NCBI GenBank assembly: GCA_900617105.1
Contig: UYFQ01000586.1
Span: 1-64,000 of the forward strand
Direction: 5' to 3'
DNA: 64,000 bases
Source of the DNA: Hydrurus foetidus
Lineage: Eukaryota
In this document: piece by piece, positions 14,201 through 27,812 of the stretch
How positions within the stretch are numbered: the stretch's first letter is position 1
Layout: each line of letters opens with the position of its first letter
Notes under the pieces: model-generated
What the model saw: only the letters and a program-made list of their open reading frames with translations
What the model was told of the DNA's origin: nothing
Database searches by the model: none
Position numbers and translations under genes: made by a program

Positions 14201-17200
14201 GCGAGAGTGATGACAGTGATAGCGTTTGAACAGATGATATGTGTGGAGGAATAATATGACTTGTAGTACTGAGCCTGAGCCTGTTATAGCATCAATACAA
14301 TGTAGTCACTCTGAAGACAATGGACATGATGGTAAGGATAGTACGTGTGTGTTATAAAATGATGCGTACAATAATCTTGATATTTCTAGTTATGGAAAGT
14401 GTTCTGATGTCGAATGTTGTGATAACGAAAGGGAGAGGGGAAGAGAGGTAACAAAAGTGCCGTATGAGAAGTCAAGAAATCAGCATGAGTTGAATACTGA
14501 AAAGATAATGTTGGAGAAGTCGGTGATGAGATAAATAGTGATGATGGGGGTTGTGATGATAGCACCATGAGGAAGAGGGTAGAACAACAATGTCATAAAG
14601 TATAATATAGAATTGTTCTGCTTCAAATAAACTCTAACTTTCGAGAAAATCTCTCTCGATTATAAAAAACATAATAATTATCGTCCACATTATCTCAATA
14701 TTTTTTTCAGATTTATACACAGACACGATGATCAATTGTATCATCTTGATTGTCCCTGTCATACACATACAGGTACACAGCAGATATTTGAATTAAATAT
14801 TTGAATTATCAAGATAGTTTCTCTTTGTAGGCGATACACATTCTTATTATCATCACGATTTCGATAAAGTGATGTTTCCAGTATAAAACTAAATACAATG
14901 ACACACATCTACCTCGAACTCACCGTACTGTTTGGAGGCGGTTTCCAGTCTTGCAGCCATGTTGACGTGTGGTGATAGATACGTGGCATCCACTTTCTGT
15001 AAGGAACCTGTACAGAAATGAGGGTAAAAAAGAAAACATGAAGAGATGCGGAGTGAAGAGAAGAGGAGGTGGAGTGAAGAGAAGGTGGAGAGAAGAGGAG
15101 GTGGAGTGAAGAGGAGGTGGAGTGAAGAGAAGAGGAGGTGGAGAGGAGAGTAGAGGAGGTGGAGAGGAGTATGAGAGTAGAAGAGAAGGGGCGAAAAGGT
15201 AGAATATGAAGAGTAGAGTAGAATAGAGGAGGTAAGACGAGGAAATGTGGGGGTGGTGATAGAAGAGGAGGTAGGTAGATGAAAAGGAAGGAGAAGTAAA
15301 GAAAGCCCAGTGGAACTTATGATCGGTCAGACAGATGTAACAGAATGGACTGGTATGAGCTGTACGTTGTGCTCCAATCTGCGTCCTTCTTCCCTCCCTG
15401 TTTCCTTTTATGTACAGTTCTACCAGTTTTTTTCTCTCTTCTCCACTTCACATTATTTCTTTTGAATCATCTCCTGTATTCAATTTTATCCTCACCTACG
15501 GCGCCTTCGATTGCCCAGCCTGCGTGTAGACCGAAGCCCATACGCACCTTGAAATCCTGTTTGCCTAAACGCCGGATAAAAAAAGACCAAAACACTTCAG
15601 TTTAAAATAATTCTATTTAGTCAGGCGTACTGTTTGAATGCAATACTGTGCAATACGGTATGACATGATATAGTAAGGTGCATGATTTGTTTTTCTTTTC
15701 CAGAAAACACGTAGACATATCATGCTGATAATTGCTCTCATACCACTCACGCACTTCAATGGAATGTACAAAAGCGTGTGCGTACCGTTGAGAGTGAGTT
15801 TCGATTCATGGCGGTACTTCAAAATTTCTCGACTTCTGTTTATCTCTGCCACAATCTAGTTGGAGCAATATATAGAAGAGAGAAAGTGAGAAAAGAGGAA
15901 TGAGAGTGTGAGGTAATGCAGTGACGGAAGAAAAGAAATTACACAAGTGGACATGAAGGTGATGAGGTTGAGAGTCGTTACAGCGAGAGAAGAGGAGGGG
16001 AATAGGTGTGAGAAGAAGAGGTGAGATGAGAATGATGGACGAGAGGAAATAAAGAAGGAAAAGATAGAGGTGTATAAAAGTGGCAGTCAGGCAGTCGGTA
16101 TTAGACATAGACAGACACACACAAGTACATAAACCGACAGAACTCTTTCGCTGACATCAATGTTACTGGACAGCACACACATCACTCTGTACACATACGC
16201 GATAACTCACATTTAAACAGCTGACGAACACATGTACAGACTGATACACACACATACACACACACACTCATTCGTACAAACACACATGTATCACACACAC
16301 ACACACACACACAAACACACATGTATGTATATAAACACACACACACACACACACATACGCAAACACACACATGTATGTATATAAACACGCACACATACGC
16401 ACACACACACATGTATGTATATAAACACACACACATACGCACACACACACATGTACATATATAAGCACACACGCACACTTATACAAACTCACACTCACAC
16501 ACACACACTCTCACACACACACACATGTGTATATATAAGCACACACACAAACACACATACACACTTATACACACTCACTTTCAGACAGCTGATTAGCGAG
16601 TGGTCCGCCCATCTCTCGATGTCTGGCACGCGTTTCAAGTCGACCTCCTTTTTCTTCTTCACTTCCTGGTGGTAGGAGTTGTTGCGCGATGCTGCAGTAA
16701 CGATAAATTAGATGCAATTCAGATTAATATTATTAGTATCATTACCTATCCAGTGACATAAAAATAATTGAATAAAAGTAAAGTTTCTAGTAAAAGAATA
16801 CATTGCATCAGCACGGCAATTGATCAATTTTTACATGATATACAATTGATCAATTTTCACCTCCGGTTTCGAATGCTGATATTTTGTCTCATTAGCAAGG
16901 AAATGATAATAAGAAAGACGTGATATAGGGGAGGAGAGGAGAGGAGAGGATGTTATTCAGTTACTGCAGAAGGTGCAGCATATTCTAGTATAGGATGATA
17001 ACATAGCATGGTGTAGCAGACTAGAATAAAGTGTAGTAATCTGTGGCAAAGAAAAGTATAGTACAGTGTAGTATAGCGTACTGTATGTATGATACAAGAT
17101 TGCCAAAACTCAACTCAGTACATTTTGTTGCACAATTTAGTACATGAGAGAACGAACAACGTACCGAGATTTTTGTTGCATTGCCCTCTCCAGCTGTGCA

Positions 17201-20118
17201 CTTTAGAATGAACAATTTCAGCGATCGTGTTGACGAACGATAACACCTCATTGCTGGATTCGCGAAAAAGAGGTAGAGAAAAATTTGAGTAAAAATAAAT
17301 TAAAAAAGAAGAAGAAGACCGGTACAGAATATGAAGGGGAGATTGAAAATAAAATGTAATAAAATAGAATAAAATGAAATGAATTCGTTCAAATATCGAA
17401 GAGAGAGAGAAGATGTTAGCCCACAATGGTGAAAGCATCAAAATAAAAGGAGTTGGAAAGAGATGGAGGAATTGGGAGAAATGAAGACACGTCTAGTCGG
17501 GCATGCTCAACAAGCATCGTTGCGTGATGAACATCATACACGTCTAAGAATCTCGAAGTTGCTCCATATTGTACTAAGTGCGTGAACAATTTCTCGAACA
17601 CTCACGGAATAGTATAGAACGAACTGGAGTATCATGATGTAGATGGTGAGGTAACTGACGAATTTGCAGCTGGAAAAGCCATGACCAAGTTGCACTGGAA
17701 GGTAACCCCTGAGAATACTTGGGAAAAGAAATAATCGGTACAGTACAGTACGTTCTTTCTCTACCTGAGCTGCTGGGTGACAAATTCAAAATCATGAATA
17801 TCGCAAAAACCGAAAATGGCGTAAATCCGTATTCCTGTATTCGAAACATAGCGATATTGTTTCGCATCGTAAGTTGCGTTGGAGTGTGGTGAATATGTGT
17901 GACAGTTAAGTACGCTTAAGCGCGTATTGGACCTATGGACCGAAATGTCGTAATCTCGAACACACAAACAACGAATAAGTACCTAATTTTACTCGTGAAA
18001 ATATGTGGTGAAATGAAAGAAATGGTAAGCACTTTAGGTGCATAAATGCATAAATAAAAATTACTGTAAACGTTTTTTAATACATAGTGTGCATCACAAA
18101 GTAAAATCAATTTTTCAGATTTATTACTACTTCTAATAACATTAAAATCTTACCGGGAAGTAACGGGTTGATCGTGCATGTTCCGTCTTGCATGTTTAGG
18201 TTAGCTCTGATGATGCCTGCACCTGCCTCTCCGAACCCGACACGTAACAGGGAAGTGATTTTCTCTAACGTGCTTTCCAAAAGCATCATTTCATACTCGC
18301 CTGTACGTGTGTGTGGGAGTGTACGGACATTGTTGATGATGTTGTATTGTATTGTATTGTATATTGTATTGTATTGTATTGTATTGTACTGTATAGTATA
18401 GTATCGTATAGTATAGTATAGTATGGTATTGTATAGTATAGTATTGTATAGTATAGTGTTGTATTGTATAGTATCGTATAGTATTGTATAGTATGGTATA
18501 GTATTGTATAGTATAGTATAGTATGGTATAGTATTGTATAGTACAGTATAGTGTAGTATAGTATAGTATGGAATTGTATTGTACTGTATTGTATTGTACT
18601 GTATTGTGTTGTATTGCATTGCATTGCATTGTATTGTATAGTATGGTATTGTATTGTATAGTATAGTATTGTATAGTATAGTGTTGTATTGTATAGTATC
18701 GTATCGTATAGTATAGTATGGTATAGTATTGTATAGTATGGTATAGTATAGTATGGTATAGTATAGTATAGTATAGTATAGTATAGTATAGTATTGTATG
18801 GTATAGTATGGTATAATATAGTATAGTATAGTATAGGATAGTGTAGTATTCTATAGTATAGTAGAGTATAGTATAGTATAGTATGGTATAGTATTGTATA
18901 GTACAGTATAGTATAGTATAGTATGGTATAGTATGGTATAGTATTCTATAGTATAGTAGAGTATAGTAGAGTATAGTATAGTATAGTATTGTATAGTACT
19001 GTACTGTATTGTATTGTATTGTATTGCATTGCATTGCATTGCATTGCATTATTATATTGTATAGTATTGTATTGTATAGTATAGTGTTGTATTGTATAGT
19101 ATTGTATAGTATAGTATAGTATAGTATGGTATATTATAGTATGGTATAGTATTGTATAGTATAGTATAGTATAGTATGGTATAGTATTGTATAGTATAGT
19201 ATAGTATAGTATAGTATAGTATAGTATAGTATAGTATAGTATAGTATAGTATAGTATAGTATAGTATAGTATAGTATAGTATTGTATGGTATAGTATGGT
19301 ATAATATAGTATAGTATAGTATAGGATAGTGTAGTATAGTATAGGATAGTGTAGTATAGTATAGTATAGTGTTGTATAGTATAGTATAGCATAGAATTGT
19401 ATGGTATAGTATTGTATAGTATAGTATAGTATAGTATAGTATAGTATGGTATAGTATAGTATAGTATTGTATAGTATTGTATAGTATAGTATAGTATAGT
19501 ATAGTATAGTATAGTATAGTATAGTATAGTATTGTATGGTATAGTATGGTATAATATAGTATAGTATAGGATAGTATAGTATAGTATTATATAGTATAGT
19601 ATTATATAGTATAGTATTATATAGTATATTATTGTATAGTATGGTATAGTATAGTATAGTATAGTATAGTATAGTGTTGTATAATAAGTCGTTGTATTAC
19701 CAGAACAAAAATTAATATCAGAAAAAAAATAAAAGCTACGAATTGGGCACGGTTGACATCATCATCAGCTTTGAGTTCGTATGCATCATCAGACAGGTCA
19801 AAGTGTATCGGTAACATCTCGCTGGTGATCTCGCTGAAGAGATATCAGAGTGTCTTAAACTGCATCTAATTTTACAGTGTCACATGAGAGATAAAAGTAT
19901 CTGCAATATTCGATCAATTTATGCAATGTATGTAGACATAGAAAAGCATATCCTCTTCTTTATCACTCACACAAAGATGAACATAAAGACACCCACAAAC
20001 GCACATGGACCTCCGTCTCCATCAAAACGAATGCTAACACATGTGCAAGGGGAGTCCTATAGCTTCTACACACCCTACCCATCCCCACACGCACGGACAC
20101 ACTCACACTCACACACAC

Positions 20119-20164
<46 letters not shown>

Positions 20165-21818
20165 CGATCCTCACCTCACGTACTAACAAATAATGATACC
20201 TGTTACTCTCAACCCCCTTCCCCACTTCACACACGTACTAACAAATTGGGAATCACTTCCACACCCCTACCCTATCCTACCCACTTCACACACACACACA
20301 CACGCACAAGCAAGCAAACCAACAAACAAACAAAGCAATAGTCACCTCCTGAGTTGTTTTCGTGATCGAACTGTAGTTTGTGCAGAGGGTTGCGAGACAC
20401 CTCGTCCACCATGTTCATCATCCGCTCAATAGGAGCCAACACTAGTCTCTGCACGTCTGAGAGAAGAGAAGAAGAGAGTGAAAGGGAGAGGATAAGGGGA
20501 GGGGAGGAAAGGGAGAAAGAGGAAAGGGAAGATGAGGAGGGGGGAGATGAGAATTAGAGTGGGGAAGAAGAATGAGGGTAAGGGAAGAAGGGGAGACGGA
20601 AAAGTGAGAAGAGAGAAAGGGAAGGGTTTGGGGAGGTGAAGGAGATGGAAAATAAAAAGGAAGGAGAAAGAGGAGAGGGAAGATGAGGAGAGATTGGGAG
20701 GGTAAGGGGAAGAGAAGGAGAGGAATCAGAAGATGAGAAGAAGAGCATGGTCCAGAATCAAAGAGGATGAAATTGTCAACAACAGATGAATCTTGAGACA
20801 AGAAGAGGATGATAATGTGGAGTCCAATGGAGGAGTTCATAAAAGTTAATCTACTGCGCAAGTAAAAGAAAGTAGAAGAACAGCGAAAATATTAGGATTA
20901 TCAATCGTACGGAAAAGATAAAGAATGGTGTCGCTATAAAGGGCAGTGATTCCGAAGACATAATAATAATTATAAGGGGTATGCCGTACCTGCCGTTATA
21001 ATTCCGTATCCCAAACTGAGCATGATCGCAACGAATACATACATTGAAATCGCCAGACCTGAAACGGCACAAACGCGTGTGTAAACAAAGTTAGTGTACT
21101 TGGAGAAGAGATGAATATGATTGCTGATGCAGTATGATGTGCGTGCAGTGGTAGGCACAAGAACAATAGAACGTTTGCGCAAACGGAAATATCTCAGATG
21201 GATTTCAGGGAAATTAAAATTGATCAAAGAAGAGGGGACCATGAGGACACATACGATAAAATTATTCTTACCTGCTTGTCTTACGAATGTTTCGTGATTC
21301 GAAAAAGTGGCGCTTGTAATGTATTCAATGCCTCCGATAGTATCAGAATAATTGATGAAAAAGAACTCTTCTGCCCGGATACTTGAAACCAAATCTTCCC
21401 GATTAATAATGGGCGTGGAGGAAAGGGGCGTGACTGTCAAAGATACGATGCTGTCGCGATTGTGTGTCTCTTCAATTCGGGTGATAAAGTCGACCATAAT
21501 CGCTCTCTTGGCTCCATTACTCAAGCCGTTGTTCTTGTTGGCAGCGTGTAGTAATTGCATGCCCAATATGAAAGACATGTCAACGGGTTGGTATACGAGA
21601 GGGGGGAGGAAGAAGAAGAGAGAGTACACGATGACGATGATGCGTCTGATGGTCGACTCCTTCAATTGAGTTCCAAGCTTAGAGTCTCTCGAAGAGTGCA
21701 AAGCTGTCAACAGAAAAGAAGGAAATGAGCGGGAGTGAGAAAATGAATGAGGGAGTGTGTGAAAGAGGAGGGAGGGAGAGAAGGAGGTGTGGGGAAGAGA
21801 CAGAAGAGAGAAAGAAAT

Positions 21819-21872
<54 letters not shown>

Positions 21873-24424
21873 GATAGATATAGAAAGGCAGCGTGACGAA
21901 GGAAGAAAATTGGGGAGAGTAGACGAGAATACACGGGGTGGGAGGTATCAGAATGATTAGAGTATTAGAGACAGTTCCTATGGGCTATTATTTCCTAATG
22001 AATTGGAGGATTCTAGTATAGCCCAATCTTATCTGAGATTCGTGGAAAAGACATTGCACGCACGTACTGACCTTGTGCTTGTATGTACGACATCAGTTGA
22101 TTGTCATCGTAATCTCCATACTCCATCAATGCCATCCATTCTACAGTGTAAAAAACAAGGAAAAGTATAAAAAGACATCAAATAGAGCAGCCTGATTAAA
22201 TAATACGAAATAGGTGTGCAGAAAAATGTAAAAAAGTGGAATTCAAGCAAGCAAAATAATCAAGAGGAAGAATAAAAGAAATAGGAGACTTCAAGAATGT
22301 GACGTAGCTCTTTGTGTGTGTTGTCAAGATGATGGATGGAGTTAAATAGAACAGCCGATGGCAAGAATTGAATAATAGATACTGGAAGAATGTGGGATAG
22401 TAGTGTATGAATATCGTGATTGTGTGGCATAGATCATGACAGAATGAATTTGAAGACAAGATAGAGGGAGATTATTCAGACTAAATACAGAGATAAACAA
22501 ACAGTCCATTCGTTAACATGATATCAATAAAAGAAAGCAAAATAATGCGTTTATGTGAAAAAATAAAATAATGATGATACAATTTATGCACGTACCTTGT
22601 TCTTGATTTTTTCTTTTTCTTAGATCGGACGATATTTTATATTGCTGCATAACTTTGATTAGTCTGTGTATATAGAGCAAGAATAGGTATGGAATTACAC
22701 AGTCAGTAAATAATGTGTGTGAATGTCTACGCTGTAAGCACTCATAAAGTTCTGAGTGAGATGATGAACTTAATGACGTCATCAGGTATAGACGTCATCA
22801 TGACATTAACTCTAGATTTGTTGTGTGTTCACGAATGCGCAGGCAAATAAGATTTCATTTCCATATTTATGTCGTTATTTAGTGTGTTCTGATACAGTCA
22901 TTTAGTCTTATTCCAACCATAGGGAAAATGTGTCGAGATCAAACTATTGGGTACCACTTAATTGCACGGAACAGAACATAAAATAGAGCAAATGCTATCA
23001 CAGCAAGACACGTGTGCAGAGCAGCATTCTTCCTCCGAAAGGAACTTTGAGAGATGTTCAGGTAGGGTATCTCACATGACAAGATAAAAGTAAAAAATAT
23101 GACCAACAGTTGATATATGTGTGAAACTATTCTTACCATGTCTGAAAAATAATCAAGCTGAATGAATTTTATTTTTCACTAAAAAATAGCAGTACAACAA
23201 AATATTTCAAAATAATAGCAATATGTATAATAACAATTCTTTCATAGTTTTGGTTTTAAACACGTACTTATGAAATATTTTTACACTTAAATTAAAAAGT
23301 TTAATATCTTACCGTACTAGCCGTGCCCCTCTTCCCGCTAATCCCCCTCCACCAAAAATAGTTAAATCATAAATTGTACCTTTCTCATTTAGTACTTGTC
23401 CGATTGATCCGATATCGGCATAAGTAGCGATTATGAAAATGATATCCATAAGCCAGAAAAAGGAAAATAAATATCCTTTTATTTTCAATTTTGGCCATAT
23501 TGAGATACTCCGTGTTTTAACAATTGTATTCGAAATAAATTCAAATATGAAAAAGCTCAAGCAGATTATGAGAAAAAAGTCAAATCCCGCATCTGTGTTT
23601 TTCAGTCAAAAGTTTTGGGAAAATAAAATAGGAGTAGAATGGAAGGAAATCGTGAATTAGAGGACGTGAAAAATAAGAGAACAAAATACAGTAGAATAGA
23701 ACAGAATAGAGTTGAATAGAGTATACTCTCAATGAAAAGATGGAGAAGATTAAAAGAATAAACTTAGATGCATTTCCGATGTGTGCTGTGAAGAATGAAA
23801 TGTATGATATAGGAAATAAAATTAAAGTTAAAAATGAAACGCAGACATAGAGGGAAAGCATGTGGTAAATCAAGTTATCCAGATCAAAGTGTGCCACTTG
23901 AAAGGAAGAGGAACATTTGGAATGTGCTTGAAAAGGCATGCGAGTGGACAAACATACATACACACTTACGATGCGCGGAATGACAGGAAGATATTCACCA
24001 CTGTACTGTCAGTAGATGGATAGGTAAACAAATGGATTAAGTAACAGAAAGATAAACAGACATACAAGTGAACAGAGAGAAGTTTAAATTGACAGACAGA
24101 CGGGCACTCAGACAGTCAGATAGACAGATTGATAAACAGATCGGACACTAATCACGAAAGAAGTATCCAACAAGCCTACAAGACACGGACACACACAATC
24201 AATAGTTGAAAATTAATTTACAAGAAAGAATAACTTACCCAAATTTTTGCTGCCGTTTGCCAGTAATTTGATGTAATTAGCGAATAACACGAAAATCGCC
24301 ATCAAACTCAGAACGTCATCAAACTAAAGAAAAATAAAGGAATGTGAAAAATGAGTTCCGAATATAACGAGAGAACTTTAAAAGAAATGAAGAGAGAAGA
24401 AGAGGGAGAAAAAGGAGGAGAAAA

Positions 24425-24504
<80 letters not shown>

Positions 24505-26948
24505 AGAAAAAGAGAGAGAGAGAGAGAGAAAAAGAGGGATGGAGGGGATGGTGTTTTATTACATATACCTACAGACTTATATATTCATGGTAGGTTATTC
24601 CCATAGGTTGAGAGATGAAATTATTTCTTTTGTTCAGGACGATAAAAAATTCGTTGCAACAAAAAAAAAGAAAGGAAAGAAAGTGCGGAAGACAAAGTGA
24701 GGAAACGAGATTAAGAGATAGGTAATGAAAAAGTTGATGTATTGTATAGGAAGGACATCTCCCTTCTATTCTTCATTAACTGAGTGTGTCATTGTATTTC
24801 TTGCCGAAAAATGGAAAAGGATAAAGAAATAGATGACTATAAATCAGAAAGAAAAGATGAAAGAGTGTGAGAGAATATAGGATGGTAAAAATTGCCAAAT
24901 AAAAAGAAAAAGAAAACATCGATGTTCTTAAAAAAAACTTACCGATATTTGAAGATCTATTACGGCCACATTCGTTATAAAGTCCAAATTGTACAGCAGT
25001 AAATCAAATGTGCAGTAGGGAGCGATTTGTCGGCAACATTTCCTACAGAAATGTGAGAGTCGTCGAACGTTATTTAGAAAAGAAAAGTAGGGCAATTAAT
25101 GTGAAGCAAAAGAATGTGGTTTGTGATTGCATGAGATAGAAGATAAAAGTGTGCGCACAGCAACATGGTATCAGTAAAGCGCGGTGAAGTAGTTCACTTT
25201 GTTTGACCAGATACGTGATTAGAAGTGCAGTGCGTGTTTTATACGATTGAGTTTCAATTATCGAACACAATGATAAATACAGAATACAGAATACAGAATG
25301 TTTGAAGTGGGGTTTCAGTAACAGTAAGAATCATAAATACGAAATGACTGAAATCAGCTAAAATTGAAATTGGACCCATACTCACTGAAACACGACACAT
25401 AAAACATGTAACACCGTACATCAATGACAATTACAATCAAAAGTGGTTCAATATGGACAGATAAACATTTAAAATAGCGTAATTTATTGGCAATGTAATT
25501 TGCATTTTAAGTAAATTTTGGGAAAAAAGGATTAAGGTATAACTGGAGAGAAGAATTAAAGTCACTATTTCATAAATAGATTACATACCTGAGCATTCTG
25601 TGAGGTAGAGAGTATTCTTCTGGGTCGTCTTCATCGTATATGTCGTGTCCAATCATATCATCTTCGTCATCCTCGTCAAGACGAAGGGGGGGCAGACCAT
25701 CGCCCTGGCGTACGATGTACAGAAGGGGAGGATTAGATGCAAGAGAGACGAATAGAAGTACAAGGATAACGGAGAATAGAAGAAGTTCATCATCCTGAGG
25801 TGCGTGCAGGGGTGGGTATGTACGTACATATGTATGTACGTGTCAAAAGAAGGAGCATGAGACATTAGAGGCAGAAATGAAAACAGGGACGTAGAAAGGA
25901 GATGGTAACATTAGAGATAAGGGAAATGAGTTGCGGAAGGGTAGAGACGGGGGATTGGTGATGGAATAGCCAGTGTTTGTTCGTATTCGCTCATGTGTGT
26001 GCGTAATGCGTTTCTCTAGTCGTTCCGTCAGTTTCAGTGCATTCAGTTGAGCGTGTACAGGATCGGTCTGACAAATCACTCGTAAGTATACATTATATAT
26101 GTATGCGAAGATGCTCGATGAATCTACTCTACTCTCCATATTTTCTTTCTTCTCTGTTCTGTTCTATTCTGTTTTCCTCTATTCACTTCTCTTCTCTTCT
26201 CCTTTCTTTTTTTTCCTTCTCTGTCTGAGATCAAAGTATCCTAACTACATTTCAGTTTCTCCGTTGAGAAGATAGAATTGACTTGATTCAGTGCGTATTG
26301 TGAACTAATAGAGCCTGTCAAAGTGTTCTGATCCTGTTCTCCAATATCACTAAAATCCCATAAAAAAATGGGACGCTCCGCTGTAAGATACATCACTTAT
26401 AATTCTCAACTGTAGATTGCGTTCCCGGAAGACATTACAATACTTCCAAATAACTACCGGTATGAAGAGATTCTTAACTTCCTTCCCAGTATTATCAGCC
26501 ACATCACTTCCCTTCTCGACTCTGCCTGTGGATGATCTCATTGAGAACGGCTTAATTGGCTGTGAATGGCTCGACCAATTAAATCCTAAGAGTGATTCTG
26601 TTTCCTCTGTAACGCATTTGCCACTTCCTCTCGTGATTCTTCGTCCGCACACTATTCTACTGAATTTGATCACTTGCAACTTCTGAGCTGTAGCTTCATC
26701 ATTCGTGTCATAGCAGTATATCTGTACTCCAGTAACTGCATTTGGTTCTATTGTACGTACTACCCAAATTGAGACCAGAACAAAGTAGAAAGAATCCTTC
26801 ACCTCGATGCATGGATCACAGGGAATACAGATTTTCTAACTAATGCTGCATCTAGCCAAGGAGAGTTAATTGATACCTGAGCTCTATCGCTGCCTGAATT
26901 GCTGGGAACTACTTTTCCAATGCTCGAGAATACACGAGGCGATTTCAT
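11255..26948 (-). CDS. Multi-exon voltage-sensor (Ion_trans S1-S4-like) / class III adenylyl cyclase fusion, ACalpha-like; 3' end probably lies beyond the satellite
   Basis: Phase-consistent GT-AG exons (approx.): 26948-26877 and 26721-26458 (tentative), 25704-25589, 25042-24942, 24323-24239, 23592-23313 (DAGFDFFLIIC...FFWLMDII...GRGARLVR), 22663-22597 (RLIKV), 22140-22072, 21704-21273 (SKLGTQLKESTIRRII), 21057-20990, 20456-20346 (LVLAPIERMM..NPL), 18300-18154 (GEYE..LE.TLEKITSLLRVGFGEAGAGII), 17834-17765 (GFCDIHDF), 17253-17164 (NKNL), 16692-16580, 15856-15786, 15564-15496 (VRMGFGLHAGWAIEGAVG), 15007-14924 (KVDATYLSPHVNMAARLE), 13801-13722, 12734-12672 (VTVKGS..PIDIYTYD), 12192-12075, 11405-11255. 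Confidence 0.9.
15050..15200. repeat. Purine-rich intronic low-complexity repeat (GAGGAGGTGGAGTGAA-like)
   Basis: Repeated gaggaggtggagtgaagaga motifs inside a cyclase intron. Confidence 0.75.
16245..16578. repeat. Intronic (CA)n microsatellite with recurring ACACATGTATGTATATAAACAC higher-order motif
   Basis: Directly visible; it produces the spurious CVCV/HTHT ORFs in the track. Confidence 0.9.
18343..19682. repeat. Intronic pentamer microsatellite (GTATA/GTATT/GCATT)n, ~1.3 kb
   Basis: Continuous 5-bp periodicity; it produces the YYTIL-type ORFs in the track. Confidence 0.95.
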
Positions 26949-27060
26949 GATGAGCTTCTCTTGCTCCGCAGACAACCAAATCTTTTCAGTCTCCTGCCAC
27001 CACTTCGAAGAGGTCCGCGAGATATACACAATAGAAAGTCACGCCTCTGTATTAACTGGT

Positions 27061-27144
27061 CAGATCAGATTACAAGATGTAAGATCAAGATCTGATCGGA
27101 TTAGATCAGATCAGATCAGATTAGATCAGATTAGATCAGATTAG
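27061..27144. repeat. (GATCA/GATTA)n pentamer microsatellite
   Basis: Directly visible just upstream of the cyclase start. Confidence 0.85.
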
Positions 27145-27308
27145 CTATTTCCCAGTTGCTGAATTCAACCTGGACTCCGCATGTTCAAAAACGTGAAGCA
27201 ACCTCACACATCAAACTTGCTGCGAGATGAAGTTGGGTCACAATATTTTCTACTGAGATAGTAGACGCGCCTCGAGCAACATCATCTGGACTCTGAACAG
27301 TTGTTATA

Positions 27309-27761
27309 CCGTCGAGTGCCAATTCTTTTGCCATTTTCGATTTCCGGTTTTCGGAATTTCGGGGATTTTTGGCTGTTTTCCAACAATTTCGCGACAACTA
27401 GAGAAGTGGGGACCCCGATGAGATGTGTCAGGTGTTGCCTGAAGTTGTCTGCATCTTTTGATATATGATGGTCATACACCTACGAGGAGCAGATCGGCTG
27501 CAAATCGCGATCCAAAATGAACTTTCGGTCCCTTGCGATCGAAATTTCTCGATTTTGGGGAGCGCAGATTGAAAACTGAATAGGCAGTGTAACTAAAATA
27601 ACTATGCTCTTTCTGAATCCACTATCACATTTGTGTGAAATTCTATGTCCGAGGAGTTAGCAGTTCCCGTTAGGAATTATCGTGTCAAAATTTCCGTGAT
27701 TCTGACCGTTGTCAAAATCCTATTCTCACTTCAAAATGGCAAAAGAATAGGCACTCGACGG
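27309..27761. mobile_element. Tc1/mariner/pogo-type MITE, ~453 bp
   Basis: TIR CCGTCGAGTGCC(A/T)ATTCTTTTGCCATTTT at 27309 and its reverse complement ending at 27761. TA flanks both ends. No coding capacity. Confidence 0.85.
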
Positions 27762-27812
27762 TAGTGCTCGAGTGCTCCACTATACCGTATATTATATACT
27801 ACGTACTGTACA

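Noticed and set aside
16182..16675. CVCV/HTHT ORFs resembling Cys- or His-rich proteins
   Set aside because: Translations of a (CA)n microsatellite.
17416..17441. FDAFTIVG as the missing GDAF strand of the cyclase
   Set aside because: It lies upstream of the NKNL exon in transcript order, so it cannot supply that strand.
18107..19392. YYTIL/QYNTI ORFs
   Set aside because: Translations of a pentamer microsatellite. Only 18300-18154 is a real cyclase exon.
19629..19840. Coding-looking stretch MLPIHFDLSDDAYELKADDD as a cyclase exon
   Set aside because: The flanking exons (ending 20346 and starting 18300) already splice in frame to the conserved NPL...GEYE sequence, so it is not needed.
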